Shown here: positions 10,805 to 21,613 of the stretch, piece after piece
Layout: each line of letters begins with the position of its first letter
Position numbering within the stretch: the first letter of the stretch is position 1
Assembly: GCF_001194135.2 (NCBI RefSeq)
Contig: NC_068998.1
Coordinates: 29,166,662 to 29,200,537, forward strand
DNA: 33,876 nt
From: Octopus bimaculoides
Taxonomy: Eukaryota
Direction of reading: 5' to 3'
Made by a program: the position numbers and the translations under genes
The notes under the pieces: model-generated
The model's input: the letters and a program-made list of their open reading frames with translations, nothing else
Database searches by the model: none
Told to the model about the DNA's origin: nothing

Positions 10805-11312
10805 ATCAAAATCGAACTAAATTCGACGACTGGCCCCCATGCCAACGTCTTCTCCATTGGACACTAAACTCTGCTTGCAAAGACCTGTTGGGGCAAGCGA
10901 ATGCGAAATCGTGATGGCACCATCGTTTGAGCATGATCGTTACCAGCGTCGCCTTCCTGGCACTTGTGCTGCAGCTTCGCATTCCTGGCACTTGTGCAGG
11001 TGGCACGTGAAAGGTCATTCGAGATTGTTGCCAGTGCTGCTGGACTGACTCCTGTGCAGGTGGCATGTAAAATACACCATTTTGAGCGTGGCCGTTGCCA
11101 GTACTGCCTGACTGGCCTTCGTGCCAGTGGCACGTAAAAGCACCCACTACACTCTTGGAGTGGTTGGCATTAGGATGGACATCCAGCTGTAGAGACTCTG
11201 CCAAATCAGATTGGAGCCTGGTGCAGCCATCTGGTTCACCAGTCCTCAGTCAAATCGTCCAAGCCATGCAAGCATGGAAAGCGGACGTTAAACGATGATG
11301 ATGATGATGATT
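10805..11312 (+). mobile_element. SINE-like retroposon with internal ~60-bp tandem repeats and a (GAT)n tail
   Basis: CpG-rich island. GTGGCACGT(G/A)AAAG-like units recur at ~11000, ~11060 and ~11127. The 3' end GGAAAGCGGACGTTAAAC(GAT)n is shared with 5846-5893. Confidence 0.7.
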
Positions 11313-12270
11313 CTCNNNNNNNNNNNNNNNNNNNNNNNNNNNNNNNNNNNNNNNNNNNNNNNNNNNNNNNNNNNNNNNNNNNNNNNNNNNNNNNNNNNNN
11401 NNNNNNNNNNNNNNNNNNNNNNNNNNNNNNNNNNNNNNNNNNNNNNNNNNNNNNNNNNNNNNNNNNNNNNNNNNNNNNNNNNNNNNNNNNNNNNNNNNNN
11501 NNNNNNNNNNNNNNNNNNNNNNNNNNNNNNNNNNNNNNNNNNNNNNNNNNNNNNNNNNNNNNNNNNNNNNNNNNNNNNNNNNNNNNNNNNNNNNNNNNNN
11601 NNNNNNNNNNNNNNNNNNNNNNNNNNNNNNNNNNNNNNNNNNNNNNNNNNNNNNNNNNNNNNNNNNNNNNNNNNNNNNNNNNNNNNNNNNNNNNNNNNNN
11701 NNNNNNNNNNNNNNNNNNNNNNNNNNNNNNNNNNNNNNNNNNNNNNNNNNNNNNNNNNNNNNNNNNNNNNNNNNNNNNNNNNNNNNNNNNNNNNNNNNNN
11801 NNNNNNNNNNNNNNNNNNNNNNNNNNNNNNNNNNNNNNNNNNNNNNNNNNNNNNNNNNNNNNNNNNNNNNNNNNNNNNNNNNNNNNNNNNNNNNNNNNNN
11901 NNNNNNNNNNNNNNNNNNNNNNNNNNNNNNNNNNNNNNNNNNNNNNNNNNNNNNNNNNNNNNNNNNNNNNNNNNNNNNNNNNNNNNNNNNNNNNNNNNNN
12001 NNNNNNNNNNNNNNNNNNNNNNNNNNNNNNNNNNNNNNNNNNNNNNNNNNNNNNNNNNNNNNNNNNNNNNNNNNNNNNNNNNNNNNNNNNNNNNNNNNAT
12101 AAACTACTACTCTACATAACCCTAATTTATTCAACTATTATTTTTTGCAATTCTAGTGTTCTTATTAATCTTATTATTATGAATAGTAATTCTTATTAAG
12201 AATGTTAATTTATTACAAATTTTATATTATGAACTTGTTTATTATTACAAATTAATTAACTATTATTATT

Positions 12271-12722
12271 ATCTTCTTCTTCTAGTTGGGTGTCGCACTA
12301 TGCAATGCTGTGGTCATCACGGTGTCTTGCCACCTTCTCCTGTCCACTACCCCCATGGACAGCTGAGAATAAAGACAATCCTGTGGCTACGATGTCTTTC
12401 AGCCAAGAAGTGGGATGTCTGCCTCTTTTACGTCTGCCATTCACCTTGCCAGTTATGAGCGTTCACTCAAGTCCATCCCGCCGCATGACGTGGCCAAAGA
12501 ACCGTAGCTTCCACTTCATGATGTGTCGCCGAAGCGTCATCTTGCAACTGAGCTTTTCTAGTACCCAGTTGTTCGTCCTTCTCTCCGTCCACCTCACTCT
12601 AAGGACTCTGCGGTAACACCACATTTCAAAAGCGTTCACTCTTTTCTTGCCTGCCTTCAACATTGTCCACGACTCGATGCTGTATGTCTAAATAAAGAAA
12701 GTGGCAGCCTGAAGTAGCCTTA
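12271..12722 (-). pseudogene. RTE-clade LINE 3' fragment (RT C-terminus and tail)
   Basis: YSIESWTMLKAGKKRVNAFEMWCYRRVLRVRWTERRTNNWVL...KLRFFGHVMRRDGLE is a hallmark RTE C-terminus. It ends in an (AGA)n tail at ~12271-12282. Confidence 0.9.
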
Positions 12723-12972
12723 TCATCATCATCATCATCTAATTTTCATTGTATTCCCCATCATTATTAGTACTGAATAATTTTTATTACTATTCTCTAT
12801 AATTTGTAGTAATTTTAGTAATATCGTTAATTCATATTCATTGCTTATATATTTGTGTGTATGTGTGTAAATATATGTGCATATATTCGTTATGTATATG
12901 GTAATTATATATGTGTATATAGGTACTTGTGTTTGTGTACTAATGAATCTGTATGGGAAAGATATATATGTG

Positions 12973-13006
<34 letters not shown>

Positions 13007-13014
13007 CCTACCTA

Positions 13015-13050
<36 letters not shown>
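12973..13050. repeat. (TATC)n plus (TG)n microsatellites
   Basis: Direct. Confidence 0.9.
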
Positions 13051-13052
<2 letters not shown>

Positions 13053-13077
13053 TTGCATATCTATGAACATATGTGTA

Positions 13078-13240
13078 TAAGTCCTGGGTATGACAAACTT
13101 TATCCCGTGGCAAGGCTCCAGTTCAGGAGTCCAAGACCTGTTGGGAATGTGGAGTTACACCTAAGATGTCATCACTCCCAGGTCTGCACTGGCTTGGAGC
13201 AGTAGTACCTGTTAGGCTCTCTTTAAGGGCTAAATAATTA
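13078..13240 (+). mobile_element. Short interspersed repeat fragment (SINE-like)
   Basis: GC-rich block CCTGGGTATGACA...CTCCCAGGTC...GTAGTACCTGTTAGG resembling an abundant octopus repeat I recall. Not verifiable within the window. Confidence 0.4.
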
Positions 13241-13248
13241 TCTTACTC

Positions 13249-15770
13249 GAGTGGCACCGGTAAGGTATTATCAGCCACTGAAAAGAACGATGAAGAGTGT
13301 ACTTAACAACACTAGGGTTAGAGCCCCTAACTACACTGTCAAGGAGCAGCCTGGTTGTTATGACCCTGCTGGTTTAGAGCCACAGGGAGAGCCAGTGGAT
13401 GATGGACCAGCTGTCTCTGAGACAAGTATAAAGAACACATTTTTGTCCTGCAGAAGAACCACAAAAATTAGCACTCTCAATGTGAAGACTGTTCGGATGC
13501 GGGAGAAGAGAGAGGGATTGGGTCATCTGTTTGAGGAGAGTGGTATGTAGATGCTTGCAATCCAAGAACACACGATCCTACACAATGAGCCTATGAACAG
13601 AGTGATGATTGGAAAGAAGAGCTAGCTCATCACCACATCAGCTGTGAGGAACATGGCTAGTGCTGCAGTAGGAGGAGTGGGTGTTGTGTTGAGTGCAAGA
13701 GCCAATCTGTTAGTGATGAAAATCATACCTTTCTCCCCGCAAGTGTTGAGGGTGACCTTCAATGGAAACCCAAGGCTGACAGTCATCTCAGCCTATAGTC
13801 CAACCGAGGGGAACAATGATGCGAGTGTGGGAGACTTCCTTGAGGAAGTGTGTAGAACTGTCAACACCATACCAGCTCATAACATCCTGCTTGTTCTGGG
13901 TGATCTCAGTGCACATCTGAGTAAAGAGCATCAACTCTGCAAACTCAAAAGTGTGCACAGCTAGAGAACATCTGAAAGCTGCCAAGGACCAATTCCCTGC
14001 TGATCCTACAGAGGAGAGGAAGGAGAATGTGGAGGTGATAAAGGAAGAACTCTTTACCGCTTGGACTGAGGACAGAGAAGAGACACTGATGGAGAAGATC
14101 AGAAGTGTGGAGAGGGTGGTTGATGGGTCTAGTTGTAAAGAGAGCTGGGTGATAATCAACAAGAACACAGGGAGGAAGAGAGGGAGTTCAAGTCATATCC
14201 AGGGAACAAGGCCCGAGGATAGGAAGAGTAAATGGCTGGACCATTTTAAGACCCTGGGGAGATCAGGCAGCTGTTTGAGGAACTGGATATTGAAACAGGA
14301 CCCTTTGCCAAAGAGTTGCTTCAGAAAGCCAAGAAGGAGATCAAGGAGGGCTAGGCCTATGGAGAAGATGAAGTAGCTCTAGAGGTGATGAAGAGGTATG
14401 ATTTCGATATCATCCTTGAGTTCTGTAACCAGGCACTGGAAAAAGGAGTTGTCCCAAATCAGTGGACGATCAGTAACATTGTTCCAATGCCAAAGAAGGG
14501 AGATCTCTCTAACACCAACAACTACAGGGGGATCTCACGGATGTCACTCATAGCAAAGACCCTCAGCAGGATGATTCTTAACAGGATCCAGTCCAAGATG
14601 GAGAAGAAGCTTAGGGACAACCAGAATGGCTTTAGAGAGGGAAGATCAACCTCCTAAGGTTGAGGAGGATATTACAGGGAGCTGGAGCAAAGAGTCTTCT
14701 TGCTGTCATGGTTTTCATTGACTTTAGGAAGGCATTTAATTCTGTGGACCGTCACTGCCTGATGATCTTACAGGCTTATGGAATCCCCAAGAAGATACTG
14801 GGCCGGATATCACTGCTCTACACCAACACCAAAGCCCAAGTCGCTACATCTGACAGGATGACAGAGTTCTTTGAGAGACTGATTGGAGTGCTTCAGGGAG
14901 ATACAATGGATCCCTATCTTCTTATCATCGTGGTGGACTATTGTATATGCCTTGCATTGGGGGAAACACCAGGACTCTGGCTTTATTATAATGCTGGCTC
15001 AGAGCAGGAGGGTCAAGGCTNNNNNNNNNNNNNNNNNNNNNNNNNNNNNNNNNNNNNNNNNNNNNNNNNNNNNNNNNNNNNNNNNNNNNNNNNNNNNNNN
15101 NNNNNNNNNNNNNNNNNNNNNNNNNNNNNNNNNNNNNNNNNNNNNNNNNNNNNNNNNNNNNNNNNNNNNNNNNNNNNNNGAGGACTTCCTGTATCTGGGA
15201 GCAAAGATTGGGAATACAGAGGGTGATACAGTTGAGAGGAAGAGCAAAGCCTGGGTGGCATGCCACAATTTGAGATCTGTATGGAAGTCGGACCTTCGTA
15301 AAGACCTGAAGATCCGTATCTTCGTTGCTGCAGTGGAGTCTGTGCTGTTGTATGGATCTTGGGCTTGAACACTGACCAAGAAACTGACTCAGATGGTGGA
15401 TGGGTGCTACACGAGAATGCTGAGGATGGCTCTGAACATTAATCAGTATACACTGAGGATGAAGAACTCAGAGCTGTACGAGAGCCATCCAATAGTTAAA
15501 TCAAAAATAACAGAGGAGACTGAGGTTAGCTGGACATCCTCACCGTCATTCAGATATGACACTGCACCCAGTGCTCCTGTGGGAGCCCCTACATGGACAC
15601 ACTAGAAGAGGGAGACTGAGGATAACATATGTTGATGCCCTAAGGACAGACACTGGTCTCGGTAGACATAGGACATGGCAGCAATGATGAGGGACAAAGA
15701 CTGATGGAGAGAACTCATACATGGATCTTGGGAATTTTACCTGCCCCATTGAGATGTGTATAAGCATGTG
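13249..15770 (+). mobile_element. RTE-clade LINE, decayed (APE endonuclease + RT)
   Basis: EN: ISTLNVKT, AIQEH, GGVGVVLS, ISAYSPTE, VLGDLSAHL. RT: IVPMPKKGDLSNTNNYRGIS, QNGFREGRST, FIDFRKAFNSV, GVLQGDT, DFLYLG, VESVLLYGSWAW. Many stops and frameshifts; the YADD region falls in the N gap. Confidence 0.93.
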
Positions 15771-15991
15771 TGTTTATATAAATTAGATTTTTTTGCAAAC
15801 AATTTGCAGATGCAAGCGCTACCAGTTGAAAGCTCCGCATACCAAATACTAGCGAGTTTATCAGATCATCATTAGTGAATGCACGTCATTTCAGGGCCTT
15901 CTTGCTGTCATCATTGTATACCTCACTGAAATGAGATCCCGCTTACAAGATCAACTGGTTTCACTCAATATTCTTCTAGCCATTGCGCTTT

Positions 15992-16231
15992 TTAACAGTT
16001 GAACCTATAGCAGAAAGGATTATTACTTAAGTTTCTATTACATTCATCATCTCACTTTTACTGATTGCAATTTTTATGACTTGTGTACACACACACACAC
16101 ACACACACACATAGTAGACATAGAAATGTGGCAAATTTAACTATCTCTCTGTGGATTAAATAAAATGATGAACAGCCTTAATTGATTATATATCATCATC
16201 ATTTAATGTTCACTTTTTCTTTTTCCTCTTC
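15992..16231 (+). repeat. Copy 1 of a near-identical 240-bp direct duplication
   Basis: Identical to 17322-17563 except for one CA unit. Confidence 0.95.
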
Positions 16232-17160
16232 TCCACTTTAGTCTGTATATCACTCATGGTGGAATTTTTTTTATGATGAATTAGGCCTAGTGACAACAAC
16301 AGTCGCCTCACACTGTGTCCAATGCCTCTACATCCTACTTCAATTGGAAAATGCTCCACTTTCCAGCCTGTGTTTTCACATTCCTTGAAGAGGTTTTTAT
16401 AACAGTCAATCTTTTGAGCCCAAGCGGCATCCATGTTATCTTGATGAGGAACTATTAACTCGACTAGACTTACCACTTTCTTTCTTTTACACCAATGATA
16501 ATAATTAGTTTCTTTGTAAATGGAATGGGAAAGAATCCTTGTAAATTCGCAGCCACCCAGCTGTTCCACTTTTCATTGCTCACAGAAAATGTTTTCTTCT
16601 TCAAATGGATCTGCTAGCTTGAATGTACAATGGTAATGAAACCCCTGGTCGGTTTCTTTCATGTTTTTTTTTGTTTTGTTTTTTTTTTGCCACTAAAGAT
16701 GAGAGTAATTTGGTTCTTTGTTGCATTGAGAATAATCTTAAGGACCCAACTGTGTCCCCTTATATATCTGTCCAGTGCCAGTGAACAGTTGGAAAGAATA
16801 TGTTTCAGTGCTCCGACTTTTCCGCATCTGCATATATCATTTTCTGATACGTTCCATCTTACTAAGTTTGTAGGTGAAGGCAAGACATCACAGGATGAAT
16901 GAATCAGAAAACTTAGTCCACCTCCAACATATTGTTTTCTCAACAGTGTGTTCCTTCCATTTCATCATCTGTCCTTATTGAGAGCATTGAACCAAATGAA
17001 ACTCTCTTCTCTCTGTTTCCTTTGCTTTGATGCTGTTGCTATCAACAAATCTGCATTCACTCTGCAGCTTACTTGAAAACAGTCTGAATCAATCTGCGTC
17101 AAATCCAAGTCCCTTCCAATAAATTTGTTTTGCACCCACCATGCCTTGGTGTCTAAGTGA
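16232..17160 (-). pseudogene. R2-superfamily (HERO-like) LINE 3' fragment: CCHC knuckle + restriction-like endonuclease
   Basis: FLIHSSCDVLPSPTNLVRW..CRCGKVGALKHILSNC..ALDRY..HSWVL is the zinc knuckle. VSLVELIVPHQDNMDAA..K..Y..GWKVEHFPIEVGCRG matches the ELTVPWE / EVGCRG RLE motifs of the HERO type. Confidence 0.8.
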
Positions 17161-17191
17161 TGTTAATTGCATTGTTACTTAAGTCTCTAAT

Positions 17192-17320
17192 GTGGTGAGC
17201 TGGCAGAATCGTTAGCACACCGGGCAAAAGGCTTAGTGGCATTTCATCTGTCTTTATGCTCTATGTTCAAATTCCGCTGAGATTGACTTTGCCTTTCATC
17301 CTTTTGAGGTCGATAAATTG
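17192..17320 (+). mobile_element. tRNA-derived SINE 5' portion
   Basis: GGTGAGCTGGCAGAATCGTTAG...GTTCAAATTCC...GTCGATAAAT; same family as 21379-21834 and 24537-24736. It is cut off at duplication copy 2. Confidence 0.85.
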
Positions 17321-17321
17321 A

Positions 17322-17563
17322 TTAACAGTTGAACCTATAGCAGAAAGGATTATTACTTAAGTTTCTATTACATTCATCATCTCACTTTTACTGATTGCAA
17401 TTTTTATGACTTGTGTACACACACACACACACACACACACACATAGTAGACATAGAAATGTGGCAAATTTAACTATCTCTCTGTGGATTAAATAAAATGA
17501 TGAACAGCCTTAATTGATTATATATCATCATCATTTAATGTTCACTTTTTCTTTTTCCTCTTC
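17322..17563 (+). repeat. Copy 2 of the 240-bp direct duplication
   Basis: Identical to 15992-16231 with one extra CA. Confidence 0.95.
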
Positions 17564-17760
17564 ACATGAGCTGGACAAAATTTGTTAAGGTGGATTTTGT
17601 ATAGCCAGATGCCATTCCTGTCATCAACCCTCACCTGTATATCTGTCTATGACCTTACATGCCCTGCAAGATTTGAAACAAAGGATGCTGCTTGCATGAT
17701 GGTGACACTTGCTTACAGCTATCACGTGATATCAAGGCGAGGAAAGAGTAACACACACAC
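17564..17760 (-). mobile_element. Decayed SINE body fragment (family of 8563-8966)
   Basis: Shares GATTTT.TA.AGCCAGATGCC.TT.CTGTCA.CAA.CCTCACCT with ~8615-8660. Confidence 0.55.
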
Positions 17761-17764
17761 AAGC

Positions 17765-18470
17765 AATTTTCTTAGTAAGACAACCACAGGAAAAGTATTG
17801 CACTAAAGATAAACTATTATACTTGACATTTGTTGACCAGAAGAAAACCTTTGGCAGAGTCCCTCAGTTTATGATCAGGTGGCCTCAGAGGAAGCTAGGG
17901 GTAGACTAATGGCTTGTGAAAGACATATAAGCCATGTACAGGGGTGCTGTTAGTAAGGTGATAGTTAGCCATGAGTAGTGGTTAATTAGTGTTCAGAAAG
18001 GAACTCACCAAGGATCAGTTCCAAGCCCCCTCCTATTCATTATTTTCCTGCAGACCATAACAGGAATTTAAGACCAGCTGCCCTTGGGAACTACTATATA
18101 CTGATGAGCTAGATCTCATAACAGAATCTGTAATAGAATTAGGGGGAAAATTCCAGGTCTGGAAGCAAAACCTGGAATTAAAGAGCCTTGATATTAATTT
18201 AGGGAGACCAAAGTTCTAGTGAGCAAGAAAATGAACAGGATTCAATTCCCTTCAGGTAAATGACCCTGCTTATGTAGGAAAGTTGTAAGCTGGAAATCCA
18301 CATGATGTATGCCATGTAAGCTATGGACACTCAAGACATATGGTGGAATCACTGGAAGGTTAACATGGAAAGTTGAGGTTGTATGCGGAAGATGTACAGG
18401 AGCTATAAACAGGAAGTATATTTTCTCAGTTATCCTGGAAGTACTAGATGATTTCTGTATGTATTCAGTG
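17765..18470 (+). pseudogene. RTE-clade LINE RT fragment
   Basis: LYLTFVDQKKTFGRVP, KGTHQGSVPSPLLFII, CPWELLYTDEL (decayed YADD), LGKTKVLV, and the Cys-rich CxxC..KLW..CGRC insertion seen in some RTE RTs. Confidence 0.85.
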
Positions 18471-19054
18471 TCAGTCTGGTCATTGACCAAATCTGTACTA
18501 TTTTGAAAAGGAAGGGTGAAATAAAAAGTGCATATGTAGCAAAAGGTACATGCAGTCTTAATAATACTTATGTCTCACATAGTAATGAAAAAAAAAAAAT
18601 TTTTAGTGTGACTCAAAGAGAAACAATTGATGGTGGGTCAGTGAATAAAGCATTTATTTGTGAGAAAGTTAAGTCTCTTTATGAAGAGCTTGAGGAAAAT
18701 ACTTTTAATTATAGAGTTGCAAGAGATATAAAGTCAGCAGAAATCAAAGCTAACAAGGTTCGGTTTGAATCTTTTAAAGATATTCAATTATTCAGTGTTG
18801 TGAGGCACATCAAGGTTGCTAACTCAAGTTACTAGATGCCATGCTGATTTTTGAGAGCTTGTGAAGGGGGTTAATTCCTGTTCTCAGTAGTTTGCAAAAA
18901 CTTTGATGGAACTGGCCCTTTCTGTAAAAAAAAAAAATTCAACTAAACTACCTACTCATTGAATTAATATTTAAGTAGCTGTGTATTCCAGGGGTAGACA
19001 CAGTAGAGCAGAGTGTATGACAAGACCGGACCTTGAATTAAAAGTGCAATCCAT

Positions 19055-19210
19055 CAAATGCATTTCTGCACAGTTTCCATTCACTTGATTTCAATCACAA
19101 GACTTGGAGTCAATGAGAGGCTAGATATGGTGAAAGACACATGCCCAAGATTCTATTGAACTGGAATCATGTGATTTCAAGATAGACTTCCAAACTATCT
19201 GGCCATACTG
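19055..19210 (-). mobile_element. Highly decayed SINE head fragment
   Basis: AGACACATGCCCAAG...GAACTGGAATCATGTG resembles AGACACTTACCCAAG...GGAACTGAATC at ~8880-8920. Confidence 0.4.
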
Positions 19211-19862
19211 CGTCTATTTATATGTATGTTTATACAAATGTGTATAAACTGATGTGGATTCTCCAAATCCAATCTATTAGTGGCATGGTGAAGATTTGTA
19301 AGACATTCCAGAAATTCTCCATTTCAGATTCTTATGTGAACAGACGCACACACTTGGGTGTATGCATTGATAGTTCAACCAACACATCAACTCAACCACA
19401 TATTCACAAATACTGGGAACTCTCTTAACTCAAAAAGGCTTGTCATTTTGTTAGTGACAGGCTTCAATTCCCTCAAGAAGAACTTAAATAAGATTCAAAG
19501 AAAAATACATTTTATTCATATTTGCACAAGGAACAGAGTGCCTCAAAGGCTGAGAGTTTCATGTATTAGCACTTAACAAACTAGTTACAAACCAAAGGGT
19601 TATGAATTTATATACCAGTAATAATGATATTTCCCTGGATAGTTCTTGAACAAATTATAAAAACAATTACAATGTTACATGGATAATTCATATATTTCAA
19701 ATAGTTTGCCTGTTATGCTGTACTATAAATGCATAAACAAATAAGGAAAATGTATACATACTTACACACAGTGTATGTAAGTATGTATATGAGAGTGCTG
19801 GTGAATATAAACACAATATGCATATATATATATTCATGCTTGTGCATGCATGATTATGGATT

Positions 19863-19865
<3 letters not shown>

Positions 19866-19928
<63 letters not shown>
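19866..19928. repeat. (CA)n microsatellite
   Basis: Direct; about 31 units. Confidence 0.95.
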
Positions 19929-19930
<2 letters not shown>

Positions 19931-20059
19931 TCTACAAAGCAAAACAAGGGTATATACATCAACCACTTTACAGAGTGTACTGGGTACTTTTTTCTTAACA
20001 CCAGCACCAGTGGTGATTGCCTCCTAGCATACAAGACTGAAGCCCTCATGTGACTCCTG

Positions 20060-20690
20060 TAATTGAGTGAAGGACAACAGAAGACTGGGAGAAATGAAGG
20101 ATGGTAAGTAAAAGGAGAGAATGGGGAAGCATGATAAGGAACAGTAGAAAGAAGGACTGGATTAAAAAAAAATCTGAAAAGGTTATAGGATGGATTGTGT
20201 AAGATGGGGTCAAGAACAATCCAACATTATAAGGAGTGAGCAATAAACCTATGTAGAGAGGAATCCTGAAAGAGTCAATGAAGAAAAGAAAGGTGTGAAG
20301 AGGAAATTGCATGTAAATAAGAGGAGAAAATGGGAAATAGTGTTGAAGTGGTAGAAAAACTGTTGGGGAGAAGGCAGTAAAAGAAAAGGAGAAAGAGGGG
20401 CAAGAAGTAGATGCTGGAGAGTACCATAGTGGTGGGAGGGAGAAGAAGAGTGTGAATGCCAGGAAAGCATTGTAGATGGAAAAGTAGTTGTGAGAATAGT
20501 GGATGGATGCAGCAAGAGAAAGAAAGGCTAGAGAGCATATTAGAGATGTAGGGGTAGAAAGTGAGACCAATGTAAGTGGAGTTGTTTCGTGGCAAATGAG
20601 GTAACTTAAGAGAAAGAGAATGGTGAAGAGATGGGGGTCTGGAGGGGAAGAAGATAACAAGAAATGGATACTAAGGGGGGCCTGGTAGAG
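20060..20690 (+). repeat. Purine-rich (G/A) low-complexity tract
   Basis: Strong purine skew on the + strand, which explains the 267-aa F/L/S-rich minus-strand ORF. Confidence 0.7.
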
Positions 20691-21200
20691 AGTGATATAT
20701 TTACACACACATACATTACATGCACATAAACATACATACATATGTACTATTTCTTTATACAAATTTAAAATTAAAATCTCTTGACCCCTATAAAAGTTTT
20801 CTAATCCTCTTAAAAGTATTTGTCTTCCTACAAAATCTTTGCTCTTCATAGAAATTTGTCTCCATATAAAACTTTTGAACCCCTTAAAAACTTTCTTATT
20901 CCTACTAAAAACTAAAATATTTTGGCACTGCCCCTAACAATTTCCTACTTCTACTAAAAGTTTTATGACTCCTTAAAAATTCTCTGTTTTTCTAAAAAAA
21001 TTCTGTACCCCTTCTAAATGGAACAACTACATAGCTATAAAAGTTATTAAACTATAAGAGAAAAAAATAACCAAATTTGTTAGGTGTGTACCTACAGTCT
21101 ACTGGATTATGGCTCTTCATATGACAAAGGCAACGATCAGTGGAAACAACAGGAGTGACAGGAGACAACCCTACCTCATTCCTATAATGATATTGAAGAA

Positions 21201-21375
21201 TTCTTCTATTCTACCCTAGGCACAAGGCCTGAAATTTTGGGGGAGGGGGCCAGTCGATTAAATCAACCCCAGTACGCAACTGGTACCTAATTTACCAGTT
21301 GCGAACTGGGACCAATCTAATCAACTGGCTCCCTCCCACAAAATTTTGGGCCTTGTGCCTAGAGTAGAAAAGAAT
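21201..21375. repeat. Fold-back palindrome made of two SINE 3' halves
   Basis: 21201-21285 is the imperfect reverse complement of 21293-21375, with loop CCTAATT. Confidence 0.85.
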
Positions 21376-21378
21376 ATT

Positions 21379-21602
21379 TTAAGGCAGCAAGCTGACAGAA
21401 ACATTAGCACGCAGGGTGAAATGCTTAGTGGTATTTTGTCTGTCATTACATTCTGAGTTCAAATTCCATTGAGGTTGACTTTGCCTTTCATTCTTTGGGG
21501 GTCGATAAATTAAGTACCAGTTGCGTACTGTAGTCGATCTAATCGACTGGCCTCCCCACCACCAAAACATTTCGGGTCTTGTGCCTAGAGTAGAAAAGAA
21601 TA
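21379..21602 (+). mobile_element. tRNA-derived SINE, full-length
   Basis: Head TTAAGGCAGCAAGCTGACAGAAACATTAG, B-box-like GAGTTCAAATTCC, and tail GTGCCTAGAGTAGAAAAGAATA. Confidence 0.85.
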
Positions 21603-21613
21603 ATTCTTTGATT

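Noticed and set aside
11250-12134. 274-294-aa ORFs
   Set aside because: Artefacts of the N gap.
15855-15922. C/D snoRNA-like box order on the minus strand (ATGATGA..CTGA..ATGATGA-T-CTGA)
   Set aside because: Only 1 nt separates C' and D, the terminal stem is weak, and I could not match the 13-nt guide to an rRNA or snRNA target from memory. A snoscan or Rfam search would settle it.
18101-18112. CTGATGAG, a hammerhead-core-like string
   Set aside because: It is the decayed YADD codons of the RTE RT and has no stem II or GAAA partner.
20046-20849. 267-aa hydrophobic ORF resembling a membrane protein
   Set aside because: It is the antisense of a purine-rich low-complexity tract, which is depleted of stop codons by composition.
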